Source: Macrostomum lignano
Taxonomy: Eukaryota
Length of the DNA stretch: 64,000 bases
Assembly (NCBI GenBank): GCA_002269645.1
Contig: NIVC01001383.1
Span: forward strand, 116,606 to 180,605
Reading direction: 5' to 3'
The notes beneath the pieces were generated by a model. That model was not told where the DNA came from, did not search any database, and saw only the letters and a list, made by a program, of their open reading frames with translations. Of this stretch, positions 36,720 through 49,670 are shown piece after piece. The translations under genes and the position numbers were made by a program. The stretch's first letter is position 1; each line of letters starts with the position of its first letter.

Positions 36720-37615
36720 GTGGGACTGGGAAGGTGGGAATGGGGAAGTGGGAATGGGGAACCAAGAATGGGAAAGTGGGAATGGGAAATCGGGAATGGG
36801 AAATCGGAAATGGGAAATTAGGAATGGGAAATCGGGAATGGGAAAGTGGGAATGGGAAATCGGGAATGGGAAAGTGGGAATGGGAAAGTGGGAATGGGAA
36901 ATTGGGAATGGGAAAGTGGGAATGGGAAATCGGGAATGGGAAAGTGGGAATGGGAAATCGGGAATGGGAAAGTGGGAATGGGAAAGTGGGAATGGGAAAT
37001 CGGGAATGGGAAATTGGGAATGGGAAATCGGGAATGGGAAAGTGGGAATGGGAAATCGGGAATGGGAAATTGGGAATGGGAAATTGGGAATGGGAAAGTG
37101 GGAATGGGAAATTGGGAATGGGAAAGTGGGAATGGGAAATCGGGAATGGGAAATCGGGAATGGGAAATCGGGAATGGGAAATCGGGAATGGGAAATTGGG
37201 AATGGGAAAGTGGGAATGGGAAATTGGGAATGGGAAAGTGGGAATGGGAAATCGGGAATGGGAAATTGGGAATGGGAAATCGGGAATGGGAAATTGGGAA
37301 TGGGAAATCGGGAATGGGAAATTGGGAATGGGAAATCGGGAATGGGAAATCGGGAATGGGAAATCGGGAATGGGAAAGTGGGAATGGGAAATCGGGAATG
37401 GGAAAGTGGGAATGGGAAATCGGGAATGGGAAATCGGGAATGGGAAATTGGGAATGGGAAAGTGGGAATGGGAAAGTGGGAATGGGAAATCGGGAATGGG
37501 AAAGTGGGAATGGGGAAGTGGGAATGGGAAATCGGGAATGGGAAATTGGGAATGGGAAAGTGGGAATGGGGAAGTGGGAATGGGAAATTAGGAATAGGGA
37601 AATGGGAATGGAAAA
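36720..37615. repeat. 14-bp G-rich minisatellite (GGGAATGGGAAA[TC/GT/TT]), about 63 copies, with G-quadruplex potential on the + strand
   Basis: Regular GGG runs every 6-8 nt; the array lies upstream of the acceptor at 36570. Confidence 0.97.
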
Positions 37616-37869
37616 TGAATGAGCTTGTACAGCTGGCACTGGGGGGCCCTCAAATCCGACCCTGAATTTCTACGGCAGCTCAAGAGCTGCTGCCCCATCA
37701 CAGCAGGGCGAACTCGAGCTCAGCTCACCAGAGGTGTGACGCAAGCAGCCTATTTAGCTAGACACTAACCATGACCAACTGTACTCAACTATCTGACGGT
37801 TGATGCGCTAGCAATGTTTAGCTTAGTTGAGTCCTACCCATTCTGCTGACCCGGGGTGTACAGCGGGCA

Positions 37870-37990
37870 TGACTTTGAACTCCTCAGGCATGGACACTCT
37901 CTGACTTTGTGTTGGCCCTCATAGGTGTGAATCGCGCAACAACTCCCTTGGCCAATTATTGTGTACACGCCTGCTTCCTTGATCTAGATA
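37870..37990 (+). pseudogene. Possible short LINE reverse-transcriptase relic
   Basis: The peptide CVHACFLDLDK resembles the RT motif VxxCFLDxSKAFD; nothing else is clearly retained. Confidence 0.3.
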
Positions 37991-38761
37991 AGGTCACGTG
38001 TCTAGTATCTAGAACACGCAAAACTTTTTTCAAAAAAAGCTTCGATAATAAGCAAACCAGGAAATCAATTACCAACACCGAATCGAGTATTACGAGCTGG
38101 CAAAATTTGATTGAAAAGTCTCATGCTACGGAGAAGAAACACGGTGCCGGGCCTTCCCCAAGAGACTAGGACAAAGAAAAAGTACACACACGCACAGCGA
38201 TGTCATAAATTAAATGAAGCGAATCAATAGCCAAGAAATCAAGCAGAAACTAGCAATTATTTTTCGATGCAAAGCTGATCTCAGTGCGATCATGACAGTT
38301 CAATAAAGATCAAATTAGGCCGTGAAGCTGGGAAACTAGAGAGAGAGAGGGGGAGGGCATGACGACACGAAGGGTGAAGCAGATGAAAGAGCGAAATGTT
38401 GCTCCAAGAGAAGTCATTAGCTAGAAAAAGCTATAGAAAAGAGTTCTTGTCAAAAGAAGTTTCAAGACTTGGATTTTTCTGCTTGGTAAACTACGCAAGA
38501 AAACAGACAGGAAGTAAGTAAATAGCTGGCACGGCAAACCGGCAGCAGGATAAGAATTCTGGCCGGGCATTCTGTCTCCCTAATTATATCCTATTGAGAG
38601 TTTTGACTTAAAGACACGGATGCGTGCTCATTAGCGCTGAATAGGTAAAGAGCACGGCGTCATTGCCAGAGAGCGATAATTATCATGAGCCTTTTCTCTC
38701 TCTCTCTCTCTCTCTCCCCCCATGATTTTGATTCATTTGAAACTTTGTCTATCTTTATGTC

Positions 38762-40335
38762 ACTCTTCTCTCCCTGTCTACATCTCCCCTTCTCTCCCTG
38801 TCTACATCTCCCCTTCTCTCCCTGTCTACATCTCACCCTTCTCTCCCTGTCTGCATCTCACTCTTCTCTCCCTGTCTGCATCTCACCCTTCTCTCCCTGT
38901 CTGCATCTCACCCTTCTCTCCCTGTCCACATCTCACTCTTCTCTCCCTGTCCACATCTCACTCTTCTCTCCCTGTCTACATCTCCTCTTCTCTCCCTGTC
39001 CACATCTCACTCTTCTCTCCCTGTCTGCATCTCACCCTTCTCTCCCTGTCCACATCTCACTCTTCTCTCCCTGTCTGCATCTCACCCTTCTCTCCCTGTC
39101 TACATCTCACCCTTCTCTCCCTGTCCACATCTCACTCTTCTCTCCCTGTCTGCATCTCACCCTTCTCTCCCTGTCCACATCTCACTTTTCTCTCCCTGTC
39201 CACATCTCACTCTTCTCTCCCTGTCTGCATCTCACCCTTCTCTCCCTGTCCACATCTCACCCTTCTCTCCCTGTCCACATCTCACTCTTCTCTCCCTGTC
39301 CACATCTCACTCTTCTCTCCCTGTCCACATCTCACTCTTCTCTCCCTGTCTACATCTCCTCTTCTCTCCCTGTCCACATCTCACTCTTCTCTCCCTGTCT
39401 GCATCTCACTCTTCTCTCCCTGTCCACATCTCACTTTTCTCTCCCTGTCCACATCTCACTCTTCTCTCCCTGTCTGCATCTCACCCTTCTCTCCCTGTCC
39501 ACATCTCACTCTTCTCTCCCTGTCCACATCTCACTTTTCTCTCCCTGTCTACATCTCCCCTTCTCTCCCTGTCCACATCTCACTCTTCTCTCCCTGTCTG
39601 CATCTCACTCTTCTCTCCCTGTCTGCATCTCACCCTTCTCTCCCTGTCCACATCTCACTTTTCTCTCCCTGTCCACATCTCACTCTTCTCTCCCTGTCTG
39701 CATCTCACCCTTCTCTCCCTGTCCACATCTCACTTTTCTCTCCCTGTCTACATCTCCCCTTCTCTCCCTGTCCACATCTCACTCTTCTCTCCCTGTCTGC
39801 ATCTCACTCTTCTCTCCCTGTCTGCATCTCACCCTTCTCTCCCTGTCTACATCTCCCCTTCTCTCCCTGTCCACATCTCACTCTTCTCTCCCTGTCTGCA
39901 TCTCACTCTTCTCTCCCTGTCTGCATCTCACCCTTCTCTCCCTGTCCACATCTCACTTTTCTCTCCCTGTCCACATCTCACTCTTCTCTCCCTGTCTACA
40001 TCTCCTCTTCTCTCCCTGTCTGCATCTCACCCTTCTCTCCCTGTCCACATCTCACTCTTCTCTCCCTGTCTACATCTCACCCTTCTCTCCCTGTCCACAT
40101 CTCACTCTTCTCTCCCTGTCTACATCTCCTCTTCTCTCCCTGTCTGCATCTCACCCTTCTCTCCCTGTCTACATCTCACCCTTCTCTCCCTGTCTACATC
40201 TCACTCTTCTCTCCCTGTCTACATCTCCCCTTCTCTCCCTGTCTACATCTCACCCTTCTCTCCCTGTCTACATCTCACCCTTCTCTCCCTGTCTACATCT
40301 CCTCTTCTCTCCCTGTCTACATCTCACCCTTATCT
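38762..40335. repeat. 23-25-bp CT-rich minisatellite (CTTCTCTCCCTGTCCACATCTCACT), about 64 copies
   Basis: Direct periodicity; the long ORFs 38685-40361 and 38722-40350 are repeat shadows. Confidence 0.97.
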
Positions 40336-40889
40336 CCGTCTTTATGTTAATCATACTCTAATACAGCCTACCTCACCCCTTATTTCGGTCATAATCTCAA
40401 CCCTCGCCCAGTCATAATCTCAGCCCTCTACGAGTTAGAAATCTCATTTACTTCACTCCCAGTCATAGTCTTACCGCTCTGCCTCCCACTACTAGTTATC
40501 TTATCCAAACAATTAATTTACTAGATTTGAATATCAAGCAAATCACTTCTGTGACGTGTCATTCGAGTTCACGTGACTAATTATTGGCCGCGTAAGCCTC
40601 GAGCACTTAAACTTGAGACGCAAGAAATAATAGGGAGTAAATGCCTCAATTTATAAGCAAATGCTGATTTTAATGACAAAGCACGAAACGACGCTATAGT
40701 GCTCAGCGCACCTGTCTAATCTTCGCTGTAGCCGAGAGAGCAAGCTAGGATGCGCAATAAGCAACAAATCCGCTTAGCCGGCTGAGTGCAAATTAATACT
40801 AATTAAACCGGAGTGTCCCATTTCTTCAGATCAAGCTTTTGAAAAGCTGACTGCGAACTAATTCAGATAGATTTTAAATAAGCAGTAAT

Positions 40890-41685
40890 AATGAGACACT
40901 GACGAGACAAGCAGTGTGATTAATGAGACAGGCAGTGTGATTGATGAGACAGGCAGTGTGATTGATGAAAGGCAGTGAGATTGATTAGACAGGCAGTGAT
41001 ATTGATGAGAGGCAGTGAGATTGATTAGACAGGCAGTGAGATTGATGAGAGGCAGTGAGATTGATGAGACAGGCAGTGAGATTGATGAGACAGGCAGTGT
41101 GATTGATGAGACAGGCAGTGAGATTGATGAGAGGCAGTGAGATTGATGAGAGGCAGTGAGATTGATGAGACAGGCAGTGAGATTGATGAGACAGCCAGTG
41201 AGATTGATGAGACAGGCAGTGATTGATAAGACAAGCAGTGAGATAGATGAGACAGGTAGTAAGATTGATAAGACAGACAGTGTGATTGATAAGACAAGCA
41301 GTGAGATTGATAAGACAGACAGTGTGATTGATAAGACAAGCAGTGAGATTGATAAGACAGACAGTGTGATTGATAAGACAAGCAGTGATATAGATGAGAC
41401 AGGTAGTAAGATTGATAAGACAGACAGTGTGATTGATAAGACAAGCAGTGTGATTGATAAGACAAGCAGTGAGATTGATAAGACAGACAGTGTGATTGAT
41501 AAGACAAGCTGTGAGATTGATAAGACAGACAGTGTGATTGATAAGACAAGCAGTGAGATTAATAAGACAGACAGTGTGATTGATAAGACGAGCAGTGAGA
41601 TTGATAAGACAAGCAGTGAGATTGATAAGACAAGCAGTGAGATTGATAAGACAAGCAGTGAGATTGATAAGACAAGCAAGCAGTG
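40890..41685. repeat. 19-21-bp GA-rich minisatellite with two sub-variants (GTGAGATTGATGAGACAGGCA / GTGATTGATAAGACAAGCA)
   Basis: Direct observation; the variant changes near 41220. Confidence 0.95.
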
Positions 41686-42639
41686 AGGTTGATGAAACAT
41701 GGAGAGACATTGACCAGAGAGCGAGACTTATGAGACTCGGAAAACAACCTTTAAACTTATGTAGCAAGTTAGCAATATCCACACGCGAATATTGGCCAGA
41801 CAAGAACTTCGAACTACCTAGGTTTAAGCCGGTTAAAACCTTTACAGCTGGACAAAAATGTAGCGCGGAGTTGCAAACAGTTACAACGGTTTTAAATGAA
41901 AACATGTTTTCAACACTAGGAAACTCGCAACACGCTGCTCTACAATTTAAAGTCTCTTTCTGCCGAATTGAAAATAAGTCATCTCAATTGCAATCGGGTG
42001 GCCTGCACGCAGGCCATAAAAATTGTCTAAGTTTTGCCAACCTTTTGGTCTCCTCAGTTTGTATTCAATGTCCCAGCTCCAGCCTGAAAAACTGTACTGG
42101 ATTCTTCAATGCATGGACAGGTTGAATGATTTTCCAAGTTGTTGGATTCTTTAAGAGTTAGCAAACAGAATACGGGTCATCATACATCACATCGCTCGAC
42201 GAAGAACCAGATTTTGAGCAGTTGATGTCTGATGACGAGGATCAAAATAGCAGCTATTCCACTTCTGACTCGTCCGATGAGGCCGCCAATCTGTACAGTG
42301 GATCCGTAGATGAAGAAATGGGTGGCTGGCAACGCGTCGTACCAACGGTTTTTGATCTATCTTTAATTGACGCGCTGATGAACAACAACCAGCTTGGTTC
42401 GAATTACAAAGGTTTCAAGCTGAATAAGGTGAGCCAGCTGTGCCATCAATCTTGAAGACGGGGGGGGGCATCACAAACCCGAAAAATCACAACTCCAAAA
42501 AGCGCTTTCCACCATAAACCCGAAAAATCATAAGCCCGAAAAATCACAACTCCGAAAACCAAAATAGCATTGCTTCGTCAAGGCCTGTCTGTCCCGGTTG
42601 GAGGACGTTCGAGTTCGAGTTCAGGCCTTCTGCCTGACT

Positions 42640-43540
42640 GTGATGGCCTCAGACACAGACGCGGCAGCGGCTATTACCACGGTGCTGGTGGAAGCGACTC
42701 TAGTGCAGGCAGACGACGACAAAGAGGATCTTTTCATTTTGCTCAGCTAAACCTCTGCGCACTCTGGAAGTCTGCAACCTGCAGGTATCAGCCGGCCCGA
42801 TCGTCCAGCGTGTCAGCTTTATCATCGTCCCCAGGAGGACCAGCGTGCTCGGCCGAGCAGGTTCAACCTCGACATCCCTGCAGCTGCTGAGTCTGGGGAC
42901 ACTGGCCAGAGAGGTGACAAGCCCAAGCGATGCTCTAAACGACGAGAAACCAGCCCAGGACAGAGCATCGCTGCGGCGACTCAACACTGTCAAGTCCGCA
43001 CCGGGAGGCCCGACCATCAAGAGCGTCCGCGAGGCCACAGTGCGGGCTCTGACCTTCGTCATGCAGGCGCTGGCAACTGGCGCTCCGGCGATACAGCCTA
43101 AGCCGGAAGCTTCCACTTGCTCAAGGGAGAGCTCCGTGTGCGTGACGGCGTGCTGCTCAGGGACAGCTGGATCGTTGCAAACGCAGCGCTTTAGCAGCAG
43201 ACCATCAGTTGGGCCCGCCAGAGTTGATTAGGCTGGAGGAAGGCCAACGACCGGTTGCGGAGAAAAGTCTGGTGGCCCGGCATGGCACGGCAGGAACAGG
43301 CGGCTCTGTCAAGGAGATGGCAGCACCAGGACATCGGAGGCGGTGATGCGCGAGAGACAGCAAATAGCAGATACAGCAGGGGAGGCGACGTTCAGTAGCC
43401 GTCGGAGCTCAGCTGGAAGCTGGTGACCAGACGGCACACGCCCTATTTTCGACCGGTGCCCGGCAAGCAAGTGACCGAAGCCTTCTGGGAGATCTACTGC
43501 CTACTGGCTGTGGCTGCACGGCAACACGTCAGCTGGCCAA
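42640..43540 (+). pseudogene. Degenerate Gypsy/Ty3 LTR-retrotransposon pol relic (protease, end of RNase H, integrase H2C2, start of integrase core), antisense within an FNDC3 intron
   Basis: Protease-like QVSAGPIVQRVSFIIVPRRTSVLGR; SDALN (ADALSR-like); VREATVRALTFVMQALATG; KGELRVRDGVLLRDSWIV...RLRRKVWWPGM (43111-43284); STGARQVTEAFWEIY. Stops and frameshifts are present, and RT plus most of RNase H are absent. Confidence 0.75.
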
Positions 43541-43751
43541 AATGCGATAGCAACACAGACGCGCCCTATTTATTAACAAATTACAGGCTAACCGCTGACT
43601 GACACACAACTGTTCCCATTTTTCGTTCCATCTAATCTGCGAAATTATCGAATTCTAGGCTTGTAATTTTTTGGTTGAGGAAGAGATGTAGCTTACTGTC
43701 TTATCTCTCTCCTTTGCTCTCGCCCCAGCCTTCTCCCATTTAAAACTACAG

Positions 43752-43935
43752 AAATAAAGCCGATATGTATTGAAAAATAAAAAAACTAGAGAAATATAAA
43801 GCCGATATGTATCGAAATATATAAAACTAGATAAATAACGCCGAAATGTATCGAAAATTTTAAACTAGAGAAATAAAACTCATATGTATCGAGAAAAAAC
43901 ACAAAAACTGCCCAACGGCGATATGTATAGAAAGA
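43752..43935. repeat. ~40-bp AT-rich tandem repeat (GCCGATATGTATCGAAA...AAACTAGAG), about 5 diverged copies
   Basis: Recurrent gccgatatgtat core. Confidence 0.8.
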
Positions 43936-44852
43936 ATACCGAAGTTCTTGCTGTTCTTGTCAGATTGAGTCAGAATTAGATATGCAATTCACTTTGGGAA
44001 TACTGTTGCTATCTTTTTCAATAAACTAAATTGTCTGAGCTACGGCCGGCTATAGACCTTGCCGTAGGTACGGTCCTTAGATCATTAAATACAGCCTCGA
44101 ACTTTCTAATTCATAGAATTTGAATCAGGTGGCGTTTATTTTATACCGAAAATGACTCAGCGAAATGTCTCCGAGTTATACTCAGCAACATTGAAAAGTC
44201 GCCATGCACCCTTTGCCCCAGTGAGCAGTGTCTTTCGACCAGCGTCTATCACACCTTGCCAACCATTTTAATACAAAAAATGCTTGAAAAAAACAAAGAA
44301 AACCGGGCGGAAGCTTCAATCCCCACATCCAATCTTCACCCTCCGCTCTTCCCAATCCCTCCTCACCCAGCCCAACTCTGCATCGCGCCGCGTGTCGCAA
44401 GTTGCGTCACTCAAAAGTCAACACTGAGCTAGAATTTACTGCGCACTGTCAAAGGTGGCGAATATTTAATGTTGTTGAGTATATTTAATCGCACGCAGAA
44501 GGATATTAGCCTATCTCTGACTGATGCAAGTCAGCTTTTAAATCCGACAAAGCAAGGGGAGGGGGATTAAAGACAGACAGGAACTGTCGCGATTCAATTA
44601 ACTCTCTGGCTTGAAATATAGATAAAAATGAATCTGCCCAAGAGGGGATGACAGAGAGGCGGAGGATTTGCAGTCTCGAGAATTGGAAAATCAAATAATT
44701 AATTTCTATTTATAGAAATGCTGACAACGGCTGATGAAAGGCCTCTTTCGGCGCTTTAAAATTTCAATTTTATGGAATGCAACTCAGCATTTCAGCTTTA
44801 TTGATAGCTTACTAGCATAGATTAAATTTGTATGTGATAATTCCCCTACCCG

Positions 44853-45200
44853 TTGCTGCACCATCACGTGACTAAACTCCCTCTCTATCTACCAGCACTG
44901 TACGTTTCCCAATCCTTGCTGCACCATCACGTGACTAAACTCCCTCTCTATCTACCAGCACTGTACGTTTCCCAATCCTTGCTGCACCATCACGTGACTA
45001 AACTCCCTCCCTTTATCTACCAGCACTGTACGTTTCCCAATCCTTGCTGCACCATCACGTGACTAAACTCCCTCCCTTTATCTACCAGCACTGTACGTTT
45101 CCCAATCCTTGCTGCACCATCACGTGACTAAACTCCCTCCCTTTATCTACCAGCACTGAACATTTCCCAATCCTCTACCCCTCACGTGAATAAACTCCCT
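44853..45200. repeat. 63-65-bp minisatellite, about 5.3 copies, each carrying CACGTG, adjoining the donor at 45228
   Basis: ttgctgcaccatcacgtgactaaactccc recurs at 44853, 44916 and onward. Confidence 0.95.
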
Positions 45201-45228
45201 CTCTGCCTTTAGATAGACCAGGACTTAC

Positions 45229-45429
45229 CTCAATAGGCGGCTGATCGTTAACGCAAATTGAATAGCCCAGAACGCCGGCGCCTCGACAATCCGAAGCCGT
45301 CCAGGCCGCAGTAATAGAAGTTGAAGTTGTTCCAACAATGCGCAGATGGCCAACTTGCTCGGGCGGCCCGGGGGGGGTCGCCGCGCTCACCTCGGCTGAA
45401 TAAGCGCCCGGGCCAGCTGCGTTCACAGC
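45229..45429 (-). CDS. FNDC3: FNDC3-like exon (FN3 #6 end, #7 start)
   Basis: Acceptor cccccaag| (AAG), donor GAG|GTAAGT, 201 nt, phase 0/0. AVNAAGPGAYSAEVSAATPPGPP... Confidence 0.9.
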
Positions 45430-45724
45430 CTTGGGGGGGGGGGTTAAGGAAGGGGATTTTCAGATTATCACTGCTTACACAGTATATGAAAATAAGCTAT
45501 ATACAGAAGCTTAGTCAAATCCACTTTTTTCCTCTGAGCGACTATGCAATTTGTAATAACTTCTTTCAACTCACTTCAGACAGCCTGACCTTTCATGCAG
45601 CTAAGGTGGTTCTTTAGCATTGAAATGCTTCGACATAATTACTACTAATGATGTTAAAGTACAATAATTTTTGCACAAAAGCTTTACAGAAGAGACGCTT
45701 AACAACAGGCGCATACGAAAGGCA

Positions 45725-46567
<843 letters not shown>

Positions 46568-46600
46568 GTAAGAAAGAAAAGGCCAGTTACAATGTATTAC

Positions 46601-46675
46601 CAGAACGCGAAATGCATACTCCGAAGCGGGCAGGAGGCCTTTGGCTTCGCAGCTGAGCGCCGGTCCCGAGTAGAG
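46601..46675 (-). CDS. FNDC3: FNDC3-like 75-nt exon (middle of FN3 #6), absent from the ORF track
   Basis: ttctcattgacag|CTC...CTG|gtaata encodes [25 protein letters not shown], which exactly supplies the missing strands between GAEFSL and AVNAAGPG. Confidence 0.92.
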
Positions 46676-47284
46676 CTGTCAATGAGAATGTTAATGCTTT
46701 TTTTAAGGTTTACATAAAGCCGAAGGTTTACACAAAATAATGCTCCACGAATGAGCTGAATCTATAATTGACATGATAAAATAACCATGAACAATATATT
46801 CTGTCTCTTTGTCCCGCTCTTTTCATATGCTTAGAATATACGAGTAAGATTCGAGAATAGACATGAAAAATAGATGAAGCCCTGGCTCTACGGTAATGTT
46901 GCAGAGATAAAAAACACAATTAAGAATAATTAGAGTTACAGAAGCGAATGGTTAAGCAATTCCAGTCTTCGGTGAGCAGTAAAATGAGGCTGAAAAATAA
47001 AAATCCGACAGTTAAGCTTATCAGGAAGACCCCCGCTGCAGCGAACACAGTTATCATTTTTTAACTGAACTGAGCTAATTTCTGGGCTAAGCTCGAGTGC
47101 AATTAGCGATCGGCGTAACTCTCAGTGCACTTCGTGTTACAGTAATAGTAATTATTTTCTAAACTACTCGTGGATCGAGCTCAACATTCCATACAAAGTT
47201 TAAGCATGCTTATGGGAATAAATGAATGACAATATAAACGATATAGAAGGCTGGCGCGATGTTGGTCTGTGAGGCTGACGCTAC

Positions 47285-47995
47285 GAGGATCTGGGAGGCT
47301 GGCCCAGCAACTGAGGATCTGGGAGGCTGGCCCAGTAATCGAAAGTCTGGGAGGCTGGCCCAGCAACTGAGGATCTGGGAGGCTGGCCCAGCAACTGAGG
47401 ATCTGGGAGGCTGGCCCAGCAACTGAGGATCTGGGAGGCTGGCCCAGTAATCGAAAGTCTGGGAGGCTGGCCCAGCAACTGAGGATCTGGGAGGCTGGCC
47501 CAGTAATCGAAAGTCTGGGAGGCTGGCCCAGCAACTGAGGATCTGGGAGGCTGGCCCAGCAACTGAGGATCTGGGAGGCTGGCCCAGCAACTGAGGATCT
47601 GGGAGGCTGGCCCAGCAACTGAGGATCTGGGAGGCTGGCCCAGCAACTGAGGATCTGGGAGGCTGGCCCAGTAATCGAAAGTCTGGGAGGCTGGCCCAGC
47701 AACTGAGGATCTGGGAGGCTGGCCCAGCAACTGAGGATCTGGGAGGCTGGCCCAGCAACTGAGGATCTGGGAGGCTGGCCCAGTAATCGAAAGTCTGGGA
47801 GGCTGGCCCAGCAACTGAGGATCTGGGAGGCTGGCCCAGTAATCGAAAGTCTGGGAGGCTGGCCCAGCAACTGAGGATCTGGGAGGCTGGCCCAGCAACT
47901 GAGGATCTGGGAGGCTGGCCCAGCAACTGAGGATCTGGGAGGCTGGCCCAGCAACTGAGGATCTGGGAGGCTGGCCCAGCAACTGAGGATCTGGA
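47285..47995. repeat. 28-bp minisatellite (GAGGATCTGGGAGGCTGGCCCAGCAACT) with an alternative CAGTAATCGAAAGT variant, about 25 copies
   Basis: Direct periodicity. Confidence 0.97.
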
Positions 47996-48493
47996 AGGGC
48001 GGCAGCAATAGCTAAATAGCAGATAAACAACGAACACGCACTTATACGAGCGTATACGAGTACGAGGCCTGAACTTTTTTTAACCTATCTCAGTAGTAAT
48101 AACTGAGATAGGTAAACAATTACCTTCGGTCTTCTACTAGCGGTTTTGCTAACAAATATTGCAAAAGTTCTTCCTGACTGAGGCGATCTAGAAAGCGCCT
48201 GACAGGTGCGTCTGAGTTTCAGCTGTTTCCGTGCTCAGAAATGCCGATAAGGAGGGCAAACAGACGTTGCTGGATATCTTAGTAGAGGCATGGCAAGGAC
48301 TGGCGCGTTGAAAGGTGTCAGGCTTGATGAAAACACGGTGTCAGGCTTGATGAAAACAGTGTCAGGCTTGATGAAAACAGTGCCAGATATGACAAAAAAC
48401 AGTAGCAGACGTGATGAGCCGTCAGTGTGAGACGGGATAAGCAGACAATGTCAGACATGATAAACACACTCTTGAACTAGGAGAGTTGCTCAC

Positions 48494-49174
48494 CAGAGAA
48501 AACTCTGCACCACAATCTAGCCGCTTGATTTCGACTCGATATTCGACAACCAGAGCTCCGTTGTTGGACACGGGCGGTCGCCAGGCCAAGCCAGCAGAGT
48601 GCGGGCCCCGGACGGACACAGCCGGCGGCGTGGGAGCATCGGGCGGAGCCGCCGCCGTGGCGGCCTCCAGTGCCGGGGACCAGCGGCCTGGCCCGACCGA
48701 ATTTCGTGCCCGGACTCGAGCCGCGTAGCGACGGCCGGGCTCCAGATCGCTGATCGAGCACTCGAGTGCGGGACCACGGTAGACAATATCAGCGGTCGAA
48801 TTTTTCTCCTCGCCATCGACTTCTTCGTCAACTAAATAATCGACGCCGCCAGCGACAATCGGCGTCAGGCGAAGCTCGAACTCGACGGAATCATCGCCGG
48901 TGCGAACCACGTCCGGCGGCATCGGCGGCGCCGTCCAAGCCAGGCAGAGCTGCGTCGGCCGAGGCCGGCCGGACAGACGAGGCGGCGCCAGCGGCTGTCC
49001 GGGCGGTCCGGGGGCGGAAGCGGCCAGCAGAGTCTCGCTAGGCACGGACTGGCCGGAGGAGGAGGCGGCCACAACGGTGAGGGCGTGACGCCGGCCGGGC
49101 TGCAGGCCGGTGAGCACCAGCTGGCGCTGCTCAGCGGCATCCGTTTCAGCCACGATCCGGCCGTCCACCAGCAC
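48494..49174 (-). CDS. FNDC3: FNDC3-like exon (FN3 #4 end, #5, start of #6)
   Basis: Acceptor ctccgcag|, donor CTG|GTGAGC, 681 nt, phase 0/0. LEPGRRYAARVRARNSVGPGRWS. Confidence 0.93.
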
Positions 49175-49189
49175 CTGCGGAGTGAGGCA

Positions 49190-49640
49190 ACTTCCGGTTG
49201 CTAATCTTCAATTTTTTGTGGATTGCTAATCTACTCCTGGTTTTTATTTCCGGTGGATTGCTAATCTACTCCTGGTTTTTTATTTCCGGTGGATTGCTAA
49301 TCTACTCCTGGTTTTTATTTCCGGTGGACTACTAATCTACTCCTGGTTTTGGTGGATTGCTAATCTACTCCTGGTTGTATTTCCGGTGGATTGCTAATCT
49401 ACTCCTGGTTTCGGTGGATTGCTCATCTACTCCAGGTTGTATTTCTGGTGGATTGCTAATCTACTCCTGGTTGTATTTTCGGTGGATTGCTAATCTACTC
49501 CTGGTTGTATTTCCGGTGGATTGCTAATCTACTCCTGGTTATATTCCTGGTGGATTGCTAATCTACTCCTGGTTGTATTTCGGGTGGATTGCTAATCTAC
49601 TCCTGGTTATATTTCCGGTGGATGGCTAATCTATATTCCT
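49190..49640. repeat. ~34-bp minisatellite (CCGGTGGATTGCTAATCTACTCCTGGTTGTATTT), about 13 copies, filling a 496-bp intron
   Basis: Direct observation. Confidence 0.95.
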
Positions 49641-49670
49641 GCATTTAAGATTTTATCCGAAAATACTCAC

